Part shown: positions 62,220 through 64,000 of the stretch, piece after piece
Position numbering within the stretch: the stretch's first letter is position 1
Layout of the letters: each line of letters begins with the position of its first letter
Assembly: GCA_024137785.1 (NCBI GenBank)
Contig: JAHRHZ010000271.1
Coordinates: 25,404,554-25,468,553 of the forward strand
Source of the DNA: Ginglymostoma cirratum
Taxonomy: Eukaryota
Length of the DNA: 64,000 nt
Reading direction: 5' to 3'
Translations under genes and position numbers: made by a program
The notes under the pieces: model-generated
Database searches by the model: none
Told to the model about the DNA's origin: nothing
Seen by the model: the letters and a program-made list of their open reading frames with translations, nothing else

Positions 62220-63458
62220 AACCCAGTGGTGTGTTAGCTTGTGGGCTCTCATGTTGGGGGGAGGTGCGTTTACTTTCAGAGGCACTCAGTGATTGAGGAA
62301 TGCAGAATGGGGGAGGGGCGAACCAGCGGCTGGACTCTCTTTCACCTCCCATCACCAGTAGCCTGCGTTCCCTCCTCAATCTGAGACCTCAAGTGGGTAT
62401 GATACTGGCATCAGCCACCCCTACCCTTCTGGCACTGATGAATCCAAAAGATTGGCCAGCAGCTCTCAGTGCATGAGAGTTCCACTGTGGGTAATGGTCA
62501 CTTACTGTGAGTGGCCAGTTAATGGCACGCTGAGACAGGTGGACTCTGAAAGCTGAGGGGGTCATTTGGATGCCTTCCAGCTCAAAAGTTGCAGCAGGAT
62601 GCTGTGAGGTAAATGGGGCTAAGGGTACTTGGAAATGTTGGAGTCCCCTTCTCCAACTTCTTGAAAATCCCAATACAAAATCGCTGCCACTGTGCAGGGT
62701 GGGCCTCTAAGCCTAGTTAGAGTACCAGTTTGGTGACTGCCTCCAGGCAATCAGGGAACTTGCAGGCCAATGGGGAAAGCCCACTTCAATTTGTCTGAAG
62801 TAACTCTATAGAGATGCACCCACTCAAACCCTCTGTGACCCCTCCCCCTGAAAAATGGCCTGGGACAGGTTGGAAGTGTAAAATTGATACGTTGACTTGG
62901 GTTACTATTTTGAGCACCTACCCATCACTGATCTAGGCCCTAGTGGAGGTTGAAAATCCTGCCCAAACTCCTTGATGTTTTAGACTTTGGTTTTATTTTG
63001 CATTCTGTGTAAAAGGTATCTTGCTGATAGGTGAGATGATTGCTAATCTTGAAAATAGCTTGCTCTGCAAAAAAAGCTCGCAGGAAATGTCAGTGGTGCT
63101 GCAGAGTGAATCGCCAAGATATATGTCTCTACAATTTGTAGGCATAATTGCTATACTGTTAATTATTATTACTTACAGTACAGTGACTATTTTTCTATTA
63201 CATTCACTATGAATAGAGCTGTATGACTCTCTTTTAGAATATTAGTGACTTTTGAGGGCTACCAGTTTTCAAATAGCTCTGAAGTAATTCCAAAAGTAAT
63301 GAGTGTAAGCATTTTGCTTTGCTTTAATGTATATATTTCTTACAACATTATGTATTTGACATTGATGAAAAGTTCAGGTTATAAAGTAGAATGTTCCAAA
63401 TTTTGGAAGTGTAAGCAATATTTCAAAACTTAAATTTTGCTTTTTGGTTCTGCGCCAG

Positions 63459-63698
63459 GTATGTGAAGTACTGAATTCAACAACCATGACTTGCCGTGCC
63501 CCAGCTCTTTCACACGAATACAGACCTGGAGTAGACACTGTGGAACGGCCAGATGAGTTTGGTTTTGTCTTTGACAACGTGCAGACGCTGCTTATCTACA
63601 ATAATACCAACTTCATCTTCTACCCCAACCCGACATTTGAACCTCTGAGTACGACGGGCATGTTGGAACAGAAGCCAGGCTCCCCCATTATACTGAAA
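63459..63698 (+). CDS. PLXNA2: Plexin-A2 internal coding exon (IPT/TIG), phase 0-0
   Basis: cgccag|GTA TGT...CTG AAA|gtatgt. 240 nt: [80 protein letters not shown]. Confidence 0.95.
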
Positions 63699-64000
63699 GT
63701 ATGTGCTAAGATCCGTAAGTTGGAATGTAATACTATACCCTTAACCCCACTAATGAAATTTGTAGATATTGGTTTTCACTGGATGTGTCAGTCAAATAAC
63801 AGTCTTTGATGATAATACTGGGTGGATCTAGGAGATTCTTTGTTTTTCAGTTGTAGGTGTTGCTGACCATCACGCTGTTTGTTAACCATCCCTAACTGTT
63901 CTAAGAAAGTAATGGAATGTTTTGTCAATCACAAGCTGACTGCCTCCTATGAAATTTCAGAGTGCAGCTAAGGGTCACCCTATGATCGTATGGAATTCAA

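Larger units (their letters stand above)
61608..62964. mobile_element. Possible old non-autonomous TIR DNA element hosting a SINE fragment and a PLE palindrome
   Basis: GC-richer block bounded by imperfect inverted ends AGGCAGAATCCT and AAAATCCTGCCC. No convincing TSD. Confidence 0.35.

Noticed and set aside
239-63458. Non-canonical or U12-type introns, or a missing exon
   Set aside because: All eight complete introns are GT-AG without the U12 donor consensus, and exon phases join into a continuous plexin sequence.
38-63698. Assignment to PLXNA1, PLXNA3 or PLXNA4
   Set aside because: Recalled diagnostic stretches ([61 protein letters not shown]) fit plexin-A2 best. A phylogeny would be needed to be certain.
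1-64000. CRISPR array, prokaryotic operon, rRNA or genuine tRNA genes
   Set aside because: No regularly spaced repeat-spacer array and no dense coding. tRNA-like A/B boxes occur only as SINE heads.

Overview
Eukaryotic, intron-rich genomic DNA, inferred to be from a cartilaginous fish (shark-type repeat content, including an HE1/V-SINE). The window lies inside a plexin A gene on the + strand, best matching PLXNA2. Nine consecutive internal coding exons (1398 nt, 466 aa) have GT-AG sites and fully compatible phases. They cover the end of PSI2, IPT, PSI3 and several further IPT/TIG domains. The introns hold CR1, L2 and Rex/Babar LINE fragments, tRNA-derived SINEs, a solo LTR with a 4-bp TSD and decayed DNA-transposon remnants. 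The most striking signal is a large set of Penelope-like element (PLE) insertions with fold-back architecture. One is a 2.6-kb Neptune-type RT+GIY-YIG element whose two arms are inverted. At least six more are short palindromic insertions (about 190-240 bp where ungapped) made only of two inverted PLE 3' ends. These have 12-16-bp target-site duplications, a fixed ~30-35-nt arm asymmetry and a minimal hammerhead-ribozyme motif at or near the symmetry centre. Both 400-N assembly gaps fall inside such palindromes. All calls were made by eye; no database search was run.
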